Assembly (NCBI GenBank): GCA_964621835.1
Contig: CAZUMA010000002.1
Coordinates: 179,584-243,583, forward strand
Length of the DNA stretch: 64,000 bases
Source of the DNA: an uncultured Anaerolineales bacterium
Lineage (GTDB): Bacteria; Chloroflexota; Anaerolineae; Anaerolineales; UBA11858
Direction: 5' to 3'
In this document: positions 36,982 to 46,214 of the stretch, piece by piece
Layout of the letters: each line of letters begins with the position of its first letter
Numbering within the stretch: the stretch's first letter is position 1
Made by a program: the position numbers and the translations under genes
Notes under the pieces: generated by a model
Databases searched by the model: none
What the model was told of the DNA's origin: nothing
Seen by the model: the letters and a program-made list of their open reading frames with translations, nothing else

Positions 36982-37093
36982 GCTTTCAGGCCAGGTTTTT
37001 TTGTAACCTTTCCCGACCTTCAACATCTAAACAATAAAACCAATGACCTTCTCCCTGCCGGGGGGAAGGTCATTGATTATCCGGGAGAGGGTT

Positions 37094-38083
37094 ATGTTTA
37101 ATCTCAATTTGGAAAAAACCCCTGCTGCACCGAAAGATCACACAAAAATATCTGATGTGATTGTGATTGGCGCTGGACCCGCGGGGTTAACCACAGCAAT
37201 CTATACATCCAGGGATAGCTGGCAGACTCTGGTTTTGGAAAAAGAAACGCCGGGAGGCTTGGCTGCCAGCACCCATTTGATTGAAAACTTTCCTGGGTTT
37301 CCAAAGAGCGTTGAGGGGGCTGAGCTGATGGAGCGTTTTGAACAGCAGGCTGTGCGTTTCGGAGCGGAAGTGGGCGCCTTCCAGGAGGTCACAGAAATCA
37401 GCACCGGGGAGAAAGGTCACTTTACAGTACGGGTCGATCAGGACCGGGAGTACCTGGGCCGAAGCGTCCTGCTGGCAACCGGAAGCAAGCCTAAGGTTCT
37501 CGGCATTCCTGGCGAGGAGATGTATGCTAATCGGGGAGTGTCATACTGCGCAACCTGCGATGGTCCGCTTTATAAAGATCGGGAGGTCGTGGTGGTTGGA
37601 TGCGGGAATTCTGGATTGCAGGAAGCCCAGATCCTCCTTCAATACGCGAGGAAAGTGACTTTTGTGGAGTATTTAGATCACGCTGTCGCTGAGCAGGTGC
37701 TGCAGGACCGGGTCCAAAGCGATCCAAAGGCAGTTTGTCTGCTCTCCCATCAGGCCCGGGAAATCAGGGGAAACAGTCAGGTCAGCTCGCTGGTCGTCAA
37801 AGATCGGCAGTCTGGGAAGTCCACGGAAATTCGCGCGGATGCTGTTTTTATCTATATTGGCTATGACCCCTTGACTGATTTTGTGAAAGATATTCTCGAC
37901 CTGGATCAGGATGGATACATCCTGACCGATGATCATCTGCAGACCTCTACCCCGGGGATCTTTGCAGCCGGAGATGTCAGGGCGGGGAACCTCGCTCAAA
38001 TTGCTGTGGCGGTGGGGGATGGGGCAAAAGCGGCTGTTTCCATCCGGGAGTACCTCCAGGAAAAAAGCCGGGTCTTTGCTTGA
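37094..38083 (+). CDS. Thioredoxin-reductase-like flavoprotein lacking the NADPH 2'-phosphate motif
   Basis: VIVIGAGPAGLTTAIY and the redox CATCDG are present, but the second dinucleotide site reads VVGCGNSGLQEA...VTFVEYLDHAVAE instead of GGGxSAxEEA...HRRxxxR. The ATG at 37094 is preceded by GGGAGAGG. Confidence 0.75.
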   Translation: MFNLNLEKTPAAPKDHTKISDVIVIGAGPAGLTTAIYTSRDSWQTLVLEKETPGGLAASTHLIENFPGFPKSVEGAELMERFEQQAVRFGAEVGAFQEVTEISTGEKGHFTVRVDQDREYLGRSVLLATGSKPKVLGIPGEEMYANRGVSYCATCDGPLYKDREVVVVGCGNSGLQEAQILLQYARKVTFVEYLDHAVAEQVLQDRVQSDPKAVCLLSHQAREIRGNSQVSSLVVKDRQSGKSTEIRADAVFIYIGYDPLTDFVKDILDLDQDGYILTDDHLQTSTPGIFAAGDVRAGNLAQIAVAVGDGAKAAVSIREYLQEKSRVFA

Positions 38084-38210
38084 GGCCTGCTCGGGATGTA
38101 TAAAAATTTTATATGAATTTCATTTGCGACCAGGCAAGTTTGAGTGGTTTTGGTAAAATGGTGTATTGAAATTGTATCCAAATACCTTAGAGAAATAAGG
38201 AGAATTCACA

Positions 38211-38492
38211 ATGAGCAAGAAGAAACTTGGTATAAAACCATTAGGGGAGCGCGTGGTCATTCAACCGCTGGAGGAAGAAAGCCGGACAGACAGCGGTTTA
38301 TACATTCCTGATACCGCTAAAGAAAAACCGCAAACCGGGGTGGTAGTCGCCATTGGTGATGATGATGAATTGATCACCGTGAAGGTGGGGGATAAGGTCC
38401 TCTTCCCGAAGTACAGCGGGACAGAGATCAATATGAAAGGGGAGGACTATATCATTATGGATTTTGAAAGCCTCCTGGCTGTGCTTGACTGA
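38211..38492 (+). CDS. groES: Co-chaperonin GroES
   Basis: IKPLGERVVIQPLEEESRTDSGLYIPDTAKEKPQTGVVVAIG. Strong RBS (AAGGAG). Confidence 0.93.
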   Translation: MSKKKLGIKPLGERVVIQPLEEESRTDSGLYIPDTAKEKPQTGVVVAIGDDDELITVKVGDKVLFPKYSGTEINMKGEDYIIMDFESLLAVLD

Positions 38493-38500
38493 GAAATCCA

Positions 38501-39436
38501 ATGCCTGAAACCTCCCAGAAGAAAGTCCAATGTCTGATTATCGGCTCAGGGCCAGCAGGTCTCTCTGCTGCACTTTATGCTGCCAGGGCAAATCTGGATC
38601 CTGTTGTCCTCTCCGGGATGGATCTGGGAGGTCAGGTATCGAAAACCGGGGCGATTGATAATTACCCCGGTTTTCCTGATGGGATTGATGGGCCGGAAAT
38701 GGTTGGGATCTTTCAAAAACACGCCGAACGATTCGGGGCGGAAATCGTTTTTGACAGTGCAACCGAAGTGGACCTTACTAAACGACCGTTCAAGGTCACC
38801 ACCTACGGGGAGGAATACCTCGCCGAAACCATCATCATCGCCACCGGGGCTTCAGTTCGAAAACTGGATATCCCTGGGGAGAATGAATACATCGGCCGTG
38901 GCGTTTCCTATTGTGCCACCTGTGATGGTCACTTCTTCAAGGATAAGGACCTGATTGTCGTCGGAGGGGGAGACAGCGCCATAAAAGAAGGGATCTTTTT
39001 GACCCGCTTTGCAAAAACGGTCACCGTCGTTCACCGACGTGATCAACTCCGCGCCGGGGTATATTTAGCCGAAAAGGCAAAAGCCCATCCCCAAATCGAT
39101 TTTATTTGGGATACGGTCGTCACAGAAATCATTGGCAATGACAGCGTGAACGCCGTCCGCCTCAAGAATAAAAAGACGGGGGAGGAGGAAATCAAAGAGG
39201 CAGATGGGGTGTTTATCTTTATTGGGCATATCCCCAACACGGAGCTTTTTTTGGATGCGCTGGAAACCGATGAAAATGGCTACCTGGTGCTTTCCAGGCA
39301 CATGCATACCAATATCCCGGGGGTCTTTGCCGCCGGGGAGGTGGGGGATCCCCATTTTCAGCAGGTCGTTTTTTCTGCGGGGATGGGGGCTGCTGCGGCT
39401 ATGGAAGCGGTTGAGTTCCTGGAGAATCTGGAATAG
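38501..39436 (+). CDS. trxB: Thioredoxin-disulfide reductase (canonical NADPH type)
   Basis: IIGSGPAGLSAALYAAR, CATCDG, VVGGGDSAIKEG and HRRDQLRA. Confidence 0.92.
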   Translation: MPETSQKKVQCLIIGSGPAGLSAALYAARANLDPVVLSGMDLGGQVSKTGAIDNYPGFPDGIDGPEMVGIFQKHAERFGAEIVFDSATEVDLTKRPFKVTTYGEEYLAETIIIATGASVRKLDIPGENEYIGRGVSYCATCDGHFFKDKDLIVVGGGDSAIKEGIFLTRFAKTVTVVHRRDQLRAGVYLAEKAKAHPQIDFIWDTVVTEIIGNDSVNAVRLKNKKTGEEEIKEADGVFIFIGHIPNTELFLDALETDENGYLVLSRHMHTNIPGVFAAGEVGDPHFQQVVFSAGMGAAAAMEAVEFLENLE

Positions 39437-39489
39437 ACCTCAAATCCTGAAAACTGATCTCTGCACCAGGGAGAACTTCTCCTATCAAC

Positions 39490-39523
39490 AACTCCCGAAA
39501 CAGCTGTGTTTCGGGAGTTTTCT
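39490..39523. terminator. Hairpin terminator between convergent genes
   Basis: AACTCCCGAAACA-gctg-TGTTTCGGGAGTT (13-bp perfect stem) followed by TTCT on the plus strand. Confidence 0.7.
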
Positions 39524-39572
39524 CGTACAAATCCAACCGGTGAAAAGAGGGATTGGAAGGTTGTTGGGTCAC

Positions 39573-40475
39573 TCAGGGCTGGACCATGTCATCTTCAGAA
39601 GCCCGCATGGTTTGAAAGGCAGCCAGACTGACCTCGAGCATATCCAGGGTAGGTTCGTGGGTTGTCAGCCGCTGCAGCGCCAGGTTGGGTTTGATCAACC
39701 TGCTGACAATCGGGTGATTTTGATGGTTGGCCGTCCAGCGCAGATATTCATAGGCAATGCCTGCCAGCAGGGGCAGCAGCAGCACACGGCTGATCAGGCG
39801 CCAGAATAAGGTCAATGGGCCCAGGGCTGTGAAAAGCAGGATCGAGAAGAGAACCAGGATCAGCAGAAAGGCGGTACCACATCGGGGGTGTTCCACACTG
39901 TAGGGTTGGACATCCTCCGGGGTAAGTTCCGCGCCGTCTTCGAAAGCGTTGATCACTTTATGCTCAGCGCCGTGGTATGAAAACACCCGTTTGATCTCCT
40001 CCATCTGTCCGATGCCCCACATATATCCAATCAGCAGGATCAATCGGATTAAACCCTCAGCCAGATTGCTTGACCAGGCATTCCAGTTCAAACCCTCTTG
40101 GACCAGCTGGCCAAACCCCGCGGGGATCAGGAAAAAAATCACCACGGCAATCGTTAGCGAAAAGGCAAAGGTAAGAAACAGGGCTGCTCCTTCTAACTGT
40201 TCTTCCTCTTCTTCAGTTTGGATATTGGCAGAGATTGTTAGGGCCCTCATCCCCAACACCAGGGCGTCCCAGAGGCCGATCAGACCGCGCAGGAAGGGGA
40301 TCTGCATGATTTTGCTCTGGTAGATACTGCTCAGGCTTTCTTTATGAATCACGATCTCGCCGCTGGGAGCGCGCATCGCGATCGCGGCGGTATTCTTCCC
40401 GCGCATCATCACGCCTTCAATGACTGCTTGACCGCCGTAATTTGGCAATTTTGTGGGTGTTGAATTTTTATTCAT
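39573..40475 (-). CDS. DUF1385-family membrane protein
   Basis: YGGQAVIEGVMMRG and SYHGAEHKVINAFE motifs, with TM helices in the middle and at the C-terminus. Confidence 0.8.
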   Translation of the reverse strand: MNKNSTPTKLPNYGGQAVIEGVMMRGKNTAAIAMRAPSGEIVIHKESLSSIYQSKIMQIPFLRGLIGLWDALVLGMRALTISANIQTEEEEEQLEGAALFLTFAFSLTIAVVIFFLIPAGFGQLVQEGLNWNAWSSNLAEGLIRLILLIGYMWGIGQMEEIKRVFSYHGAEHKVINAFEDGAELTPEDVQPYSVEHPRCGTAFLLILVLFSILLFTALGPLTLFWRLISRVLLLPLLAGIAYEYLRWTANHQNHPIVSRLIKPNLALQRLTTHEPTLDMLEVSLAAFQTMRASEDDMVQP

Positions 40476-40478
40476 AGT

Positions 40479-41849
40479 CTAGAGATGGAAGAAAAAACGC
40501 ACCAATGCTTCGATCCCTTTTGAGAAGGTCGGCAGGTGGAGCCGCTCGTTGGGACTGTGCATGTGATCGCCAGGTAAGCTAAAACCGATATTCACCGCGT
40601 CCACCCCCAGCTCCCGCTGGACGTGGACGACGACAGGAACACTTCCCCCCTCACGTTTGAAAATTGGCCGAACGCCCCAGGTTTCCTCAGCAGCTTTGAC
40701 ATAGGCTTGAATCCAGGGGGAGCTTCTATCGCTGATCACAGGAAAATCTGTGGACATGGTGGTCAGCTCCCAGCTGACGGTCTCCGGAAGGTGCTCTTGA
40801 AGGTAGCTGCGGAATTGTTTTTCAACTTCGCGGGGATCCTGTTCAGGGACCAACCTGCAGGAAATCTTGGCCATGGCGTATGCGGGCAGAACAGTCTTTT
40901 GACCTTCTCCAATAAAACCAGAATAGAGGCCGTTGATCTCCAGCGTTGGCCTTGCTCCTACTCGCTCTAGAGGTGTGTACCCCGCCTCCCCCCACAGGCT
41001 GCTCACGCCTGTTTGGAGTTTGAAAAAATCCTCATCGATGGGAAGCCGGCTGAGTTCCTCCCTTTCTTCCTCATCAAGCGGCAGCACTTTCTCATAAAAT
41101 CCCGGCAGGGCAACCCGGCCGTCAGGATCATGGAGCCCTGACAGCGCATCGGTCATCACCTGGGCTGGATTATGAATAACCCCTCCGAACACACCGGAAT
41201 GAAGGTCATGGTTAGGGCCTTGAATCCGGAGTTCAAAATAAGCGATTCCCCGGAGGGCATAAGTGATTGTTGGATGGTCCGGTGAAAGCATTCCTGTATC
41301 AGGATTAAGGAAGAAATCGCAGGCCAGCAGCTCCTGGTTCTCCGGGATGAATGTTGCCAGGTAGGACCCTCCAATTTCCTCCTCTCCCTCAATCAGGAAT
41401 TTGATATTTACCGGCAGCGTTCCGGTTGCCTGAATTGCCTCTACAGCACTGAGGCAGGCGATGATCTGACCTTTCATGTCAGTGGTCCCCCGACCGAATA
41501 TATTCTCCCCCTGCACCGTGGCGGTAAATGGATCCGTGTTCCACTCCTCCCGTGGGTCTTCTGGCTGGACGTCATAATGTCCGTAGATCAGCACGGTTGG
41601 CGCGTTGTTTCCGGCAGCCAGGTTTTCAGCATAGACGATCGGATGCTTCGGGGTGGGATGAATACTGGCCTCGGTCATCCCGACCCGGAGCAGTTCATCC
41701 TTCAACCAATCAGCTGCCTTCTGGATGTCCTTGTGATGATCCGGGTCGGTGGATATCGAGGGAATACTGACAAGGGAAGACAAGCTTTCAAGCTGCTGTT
41801 CCCGATGATCGTTGATAAATTCAAGTGCTTTCTGAAGATGGTCGGACAT
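40479..41849 (-). CDS. M20-family metallopeptidase (dipeptidase / deacylase)
   Basis: LIYGHYDVQP, GRGTTDMKG, EGEEEIGG metal-binding motifs. Confidence 0.85.
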   Translation of the reverse strand: MSDHLQKALEFINDHREQQLESLSSLVSIPSISTDPDHHKDIQKAADWLKDELLRVGMTEASIHPTPKHPIVYAENLAAGNNAPTVLIYGHYDVQPEDPREEWNTDPFTATVQGENIFGRGTTDMKGQIIACLSAVEAIQATGTLPVNIKFLIEGEEEIGGSYLATFIPENQELLACDFFLNPDTGMLSPDHPTITYALRGIAYFELRIQGPNHDLHSGVFGGVIHNPAQVMTDALSGLHDPDGRVALPGFYEKVLPLDEEEREELSRLPIDEDFFKLQTGVSSLWGEAGYTPLERVGARPTLEINGLYSGFIGEGQKTVLPAYAMAKISCRLVPEQDPREVEKQFRSYLQEHLPETVSWELTTMSTDFPVISDRSSPWIQAYVKAAEETWGVRPIFKREGGSVPVVVHVQRELGVDAVNIGFSLPGDHMHSPNERLHLPTFSKGIEALVRFFFHL

Positions 41850-42119
41850 TGATCCTTTCCTCCAAGCATCAAAGTAGATAAACTCGAAAAACCTGGCTAG
41901 ATTGTACCGCAGCTTTTTATAAAAACGTGGAAAGGGATCGATCTGTGCTGCCAGGATTCAGAGGACTCTGGATCTCTGGTGCTGGATTGGGAGACTTCTT
42001 GTGAGAACAGGATTAAACTTGTGATTAAAATCACCGTGGAGGAAGTGCGTTTTTTTTGATCTTGGGTTATGATTAATTTTCATGGAGTTTCTCATATTAA
42101 TCATTGGATAGGACAGACT

Positions 42120-43028
42120 ATGAATTTATTTCAGGAATACCTGCAGCCAACAACGGTGAAAGAAGCCCTGGAGCAGCTATCAGCTGCGCAAGGAACAACA
42201 GCTGTGGTCGCTGGAGGGACAGATTTGCTGCTGGATATCCGGCAGGCGCGCCACCCTGCTGTGGATGTCATGGTGGATGTCTCCGCGGTGGAAAAAATGC
42301 GCAGGATTGCCCGGGAAGGTGATTTTATCTATCTGGGGGCAGCCGCCACGCATAAGGAGATCATCTCCCATCCCCTCCTCCTGGAACATGCCCAATGTGT
42401 TGTGGAGGGCTGCGGTTTGATCGGCGGTCCCCAGGTAAGAAATGTCGCCACCATTGGCGGGAATGTCGCTCATGCCCTGCCGGCCGGGGATGGGACAGTC
42501 TCCCTGCTGGCGTTGGACGCCGAGGCTGAATTGGCTTCAAAAGAGGGAAGCCGGTGGGAGCCGCTTCTGGAGATCTTCGATGGGCCGGGACGTGTCAAAT
42601 TTGACAGGAAGGAAACGCTGGTTGTTGGGTTTCGATTTCCTACAAAGCAAACCGGAGAGGCGTCCAGCTTCCATCGGGTGATGCGCCCGCAGGGTGTGGC
42701 GATCGCCATTTTAAATATGGCCTGTTGGGTCAGGGTAAAAGATAGCATCCTGGAAGACATCCGCCTATCCTGCGGTCCGGCTGGCCCCCGACCCTTCCGG
42801 GCTTTTCAAACAGAGCAGGCACTGAAAGGGAACGATCTCCACGGGGATTTTTTCCAGGAAGCCTGTGAAGTCTTAGCCGGGGAGGTCAGTTTGCGAACCA
42901 GTGCCAACAGGGCCACTAAAGAATACCGGCATCACCTGCTGCCAGTACTGCTGAGGCAGGTGCTTGAAACCGCTGTATCTAGAAGTATCGGCGATTCCTA
43001 CATACTTAAAGGCGAAGACAATGACTGA
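42120..43028 (+). CDS. Xanthine-dehydrogenase-family FAD-binding (CoxM-like) subunit, module A
   Basis: VVAGGTDLLLDIR and the IGGNVAHALPAGD FAD-binding region, plus a C-terminal CO_deh_flav_C-like part. I place the start at the ATG at 42120. Confidence 0.85.
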   Translation: MNLFQEYLQPTTVKEALEQLSAAQGTTAVVAGGTDLLLDIRQARHPAVDVMVDVSAVEKMRRIAREGDFIYLGAAATHKEIISHPLLLEHAQCVVEGCGLIGGPQVRNVATIGGNVAHALPAGDGTVSLLALDAEAELASKEGSRWEPLLEIFDGPGRVKFDRKETLVVGFRFPTKQTGEASSFHRVMRPQGVAIAILNMACWVRVKDSILEDIRLSCGPAGPRPFRAFQTEQALKGNDLHGDFFQEACEVLAGEVSLRTSANRATKEYRHHLLPVLLRQVLETAVSRSIGDSYILKGEDND

Positions 43029-45792
43029 ACTTACTTGTTGGGTAAATGGAAAAAAGGAAACTGTTTCTGTTGAATCTGGAGAGATGCTCTCCGATGTGCT
43101 GCGGTACAAACTTGGATTAACCGGGACCAAGATAGCCTGCAGTGAATCTGAGTGCGGTTCTTGCACGGTGCTTATTGATGATGTGCCTGTATTATCCTGC
43201 AACTATCCCGCTCTGAAAGCCCAGGGCAAACATGTGATTACGATCGAAGGATTGGCTGAGAACGGGCAGCTTCATCCTCTCCAGGAGGCATTTATCAAAC
43301 ATGGAGCTGCCCAATGCGGCTTTTGCACGCCCGGGCAGATCATGACAGCGGCAGCGCTGCTGCATGACAACCCCGCTCCCTCCCGGGAGGATATTGAATA
43401 CGCCCTGAATGATACGCTCTGCCGCTGTGGTGCGTATCCCGCGATCACCAACGCGATCCTGGCAGCTGCGGATCATCTCAATCACGGCACGCCGATTGAT
43501 TTTCCCAAGCTCGCCTTTGAAGGAGAGCTGAATGTTGTCGGCCAGGTGGTGAAACGACCGGAAGCGGCCGAAAAAGTCACTGGAGAGGCGATCTATACAG
43601 ATGACATTACATTCCCGGGGATGCTCTTTGGCGCGACCCTGCGGGCGGGAATTCCTCATGGGCGGGTGGTTAAAATTAACACGACCAAAGCAGAGCAGCT
43701 GGATGGGGTTGAAGCGGTCCTGACTGCAGAGGATATCCCGGGCAGGGTTAACCACGGTCTGGTCATCCAGGATTGGCCGGCGCTTGTCGGTGTTGGAGAA
43801 AAAGTCCGCTATATTGGTGATGCAGTGGCGCTTGTTGCTGCCCGGACGGAAAAAATTGCCCGGCAGGCTCTAATGCTGATTGAGGTTGTGTATGACGAGC
43901 TCCCCGTGGTCACGGACCCGGTCGCAGCCCGGGATCCTCAAGCACCCAAGGTGCATGAGTCCGGAAATCTCCTCAAGCACATCAAGGTCAACAAGGGAGA
44001 CATTGAGAAAGGTTTTGCGGAGTCTGAGATTGTTCTGGAAGATACATTCTGGATGCCCACCTATGAGCATGCCTTCATGGAGCCGGAATGCAGTATTGCC
44101 CGCCCGACAGATGACGGTCGGATGGAAATCTATGTCGGTTCTCAGATCCCTTATGCGGATCGGGACCAGGTTGCAGCTGCCCTCGGGGTTCCTGAGGAAC
44201 AGGTCAGAGTCCGCAGTCCGCTGGTCGGTGGAGGGTTTGGGGGGAAAGAAGATATTGCCGGCCAGATCCATGCTGCCCTGCTGGCCCGGTCGACCCGTAA
44301 GCCGGTAAAAATCCTCTATGACCGCCATGAAAGCCTCCTCGTCCATCCAAAACGGCACGCAACCCAAATTACCGTGAAGTTGGGGTTGCTGCGCGACGGC
44401 ACGATCCACGCTGCCCAAACAGAACTCTATGGGGATACCGGCGCTTACGCCTCGCTGGGAACGAAAGTTATGGGTCGGGCGACCACCCATTCCACAGGAC
44501 CGTACGTGGTTCCCCATGTAAAAATTGATTGTTTCGCGATGTACACTAACAATCCACCCGCGGGAGCATTTCGAGGGTTCGGGGCTTTGCAGGCGAATTT
44601 TGCGATTGAGGCAATGATGGATCAAGTTGCCGAAGAGCTGCAGATCGACCCGATTGAACTGCGCCGGAAAAATGCGCTCCGCACCGGTTCCATTACCAAT
44701 ACCGGCCAGCACCTAAAAGAAAGTGTTGGACTGCTCGAATGTATTGATAAAACGGTCGCAGCAATGCGGGTTCATACTCCTCAAGGAGATCTCTTTTCTT
44801 CCCGTGCTGTGGAAGGTCAACCTCAGAAACGAAGAGCCTGGGGATTTGCTCTGGCCTTCAAGAATACCGGGCTTGGAGAAGGGGCGCCGGATAAAGCCAG
44901 CGCAGAAGTCGAGCTCTTAGAAGATGGGGCTGCCGAGGTTCGGACCTCCTCAGCGGAGATTGGTCAGGGCCTGGTTACGGTGCTGCAAATGGTCACTGCG
45001 GAAGAATTGGGTATGGAGCTTGATCAGGTGAAAGTTCTCTTATCAGACACCGACCTCACCCCGGATGGGGGGCCCACAACCGGCTCCCGCCAAACATATA
45101 TCTCCGGGAACGCAGCCCGGTTTGCCGCAATCGGACTCAGGGAATCAATGAAATCTACCCTGGCCGAAAAATTCGACACACCCCCGGATCGCATACAGTT
45201 TGCAGGGGGACGGGTCCAGGTGAACGGCACCACCCTTTCCTACCGCGAGGTGGCTGAGGCAATGCGCGCGGAAGGACGGGAACCGAGAGTTATGTATGAG
45301 TATTGGGCCCCAGAGACCACCCCGCTGGGGGAGCCTGGAGACAAGCATTTTGCTTACTCCTTTGCGGCCCAGGCTGTGGAAGTCGAGGTGGATCTGAACA
45401 CAGGAGAGGTCAAGGTGATCCGGGCGATTGCTGCTACAGATGTCGGCACAGCCATTAACCCCCTGGGACTGCAGGGACAGGTTGAGGGCGGAATGATCAT
45501 GGGGCTTGGACATGCTTTGACCGAGGAATTCATCCTGGATGAGGGTCGGGTAGTCACGGATCATTTGGCCCGCTACCGGATGCCTTCCATCAAGCATGTG
45601 CCGAAGGAGATAAACGTGATCATTGTCGAGGATCCCACGACAGAAGGTCCTTACGGTGCAAAAGGGGTGGGAGAAATCTCCACCATGCCGGTGTCTCCTG
45701 CAGTAGTCAATGCCGTGTACAACGCAACCGGCATTCGGTTTCACAGGGTCCCGATCGACCAGGATTGGCTGGCGATGCAGTTGAATTCCTAG
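43021..45792 (+). CDS. Fused [2Fe-2S] (CoxS-like) and molybdopterin-binding (CoxL-like) subunit, module A
   Basis: CSESECGSCTV, QCGFCTPGQIM, CRCGAYP, then LVGGGFGGKED and AKGVGEIS. The ATG at 43021 overlaps the upstream gene by 8 nt. Confidence 0.88.
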   Translation: MTELTCWVNGKKETVSVESGEMLSDVLRYKLGLTGTKIACSESECGSCTVLIDDVPVLSCNYPALKAQGKHVITIEGLAENGQLHPLQEAFIKHGAAQCGFCTPGQIMTAAALLHDNPAPSREDIEYALNDTLCRCGAYPAITNAILAAADHLNHGTPIDFPKLAFEGELNVVGQVVKRPEAAEKVTGEAIYTDDITFPGMLFGATLRAGIPHGRVVKINTTKAEQLDGVEAVLTAEDIPGRVNHGLVIQDWPALVGVGEKVRYIGDAVALVAARTEKIARQALMLIEVVYDELPVVTDPVAARDPQAPKVHESGNLLKHIKVNKGDIEKGFAESEIVLEDTFWMPTYEHAFMEPECSIARPTDDGRMEIYVGSQIPYADRDQVAAALGVPEEQVRVRSPLVGGGFGGKEDIAGQIHAALLARSTRKPVKILYDRHESLLVHPKRHATQITVKLGLLRDGTIHAAQTELYGDTGAYASLGTKVMGRATTHSTGPYVVPHVKIDCFAMYTNNPPAGAFRGFGALQANFAIEAMMDQVAEELQIDPIELRRKNALRTGSITNTGQHLKESVGLLECIDKTVAAMRVHTPQGDLFSSRAVEGQPQKRRAWGFALAFKNTGLGEGAPDKASAEVELLEDGAAEVRTSSAEIGQGLVTVLQMVTAEELGMELDQVKVLLSDTDLTPDGGPTTGSRQTYISGNAARFAAIGLRESMKSTLAEKFDTPPDRIQFAGGRVQVNGTTLSYREVAEAMRAEGREPRVMYEYWAPETTPLGEPGDKHFAYSFAAQAVEVEVDLNTGEVKVIRAIAATDVGTAINPLGLQGQVEGGMIMGLGHALTEEFILDEGRVVTDHLARYRMPSIKHVPKEINVIIVEDPTTEGPYGAKGVGEISTMPVSPAVVNAVYNATGIRFHRVPIDQDWLAMQLNS

Positions 45793-46214
45793 CGTTTTCA
45801 GGGCAGGGTTCATCGTTCCCTTTGCCATAATTTTTCCGGATAGCTAACTGGAAAACGGATCTGGAAGCGGATTACCAGGAATTGGAAGGATTGGAGGGGG
45901 ATCGTTCAGAAACGGTCAATCGTGGTACAATAAAACCAACAATGGATCGGTGGTCGTTGGGCTTATGGAAGAAGCTCAACGGCGTTGGGAAGAACCTGAC
46001 GAAAAGTGCTGCCGTCCTCTTAGGAGACTGATTTCGCCGATCCGATGACCAACGCAGTAGTCTGTTTTGCTGTCTTTCGAAGAAGTTGCTGGGGGAGATT
46101 GTTCGCTGTACACCAATCCAAACCTGCCGTTGGGCTCAACCACAGTTCCTGGAATTGTGGTTTATTTTTTTCCAGGATTTCCGGCGAAAATGCGATGTTT
46201 GGTGGGGAGGGATC

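Noticed and set aside
36975-37003. Possible terminator after pnp (CCTGA-gctt-TCAGG followed, after ccagg, by TTTTTTT).
   Set aside because: The stem is only 5 bp and is separated from the T-run. It is too weak to call with confidence, although some termination here is plausible.
38120-38150. HspR HAIR-like half site (TTGAGT), plus a search for CIRCE, upstream of groES.
   Set aside because: Only one half-site is present, with no inverted partner at N7 spacing. No CIRCE-like inverted repeat exists in the leader.
43870-44712. Long antisense ORFs inside confident genes. Examples: 43870..44712, 45145..45828, 56695..57459, 29626..30330, 25121..25639, 16083..16580 and 16489..16989.
   Set aside because: Each lies opposite a gene with strong family motifs (XDH large subunit, CBS-PPase, IF-2, CCA enzyme, ThiP). 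Their translations are low-complexity, rich in Arg/Gly/Pro/Ser, with no recognisable motifs. These are typical shadow ORFs.
45793-46214. A 420-bp noncoding gap upstream of the PTP/ssnA operon, inspected for a riboswitch (purine, Moco, other) and for the small ORF MDRWSLGLWKKLNGVGKNLTKSAAVLLGD.
   Set aside because: I could not recognise conserved riboswitch cores. The apparent complementarity is mirror-like rather than hairpin-forming. The 29-codon ORF has no RBS or recognisable features.
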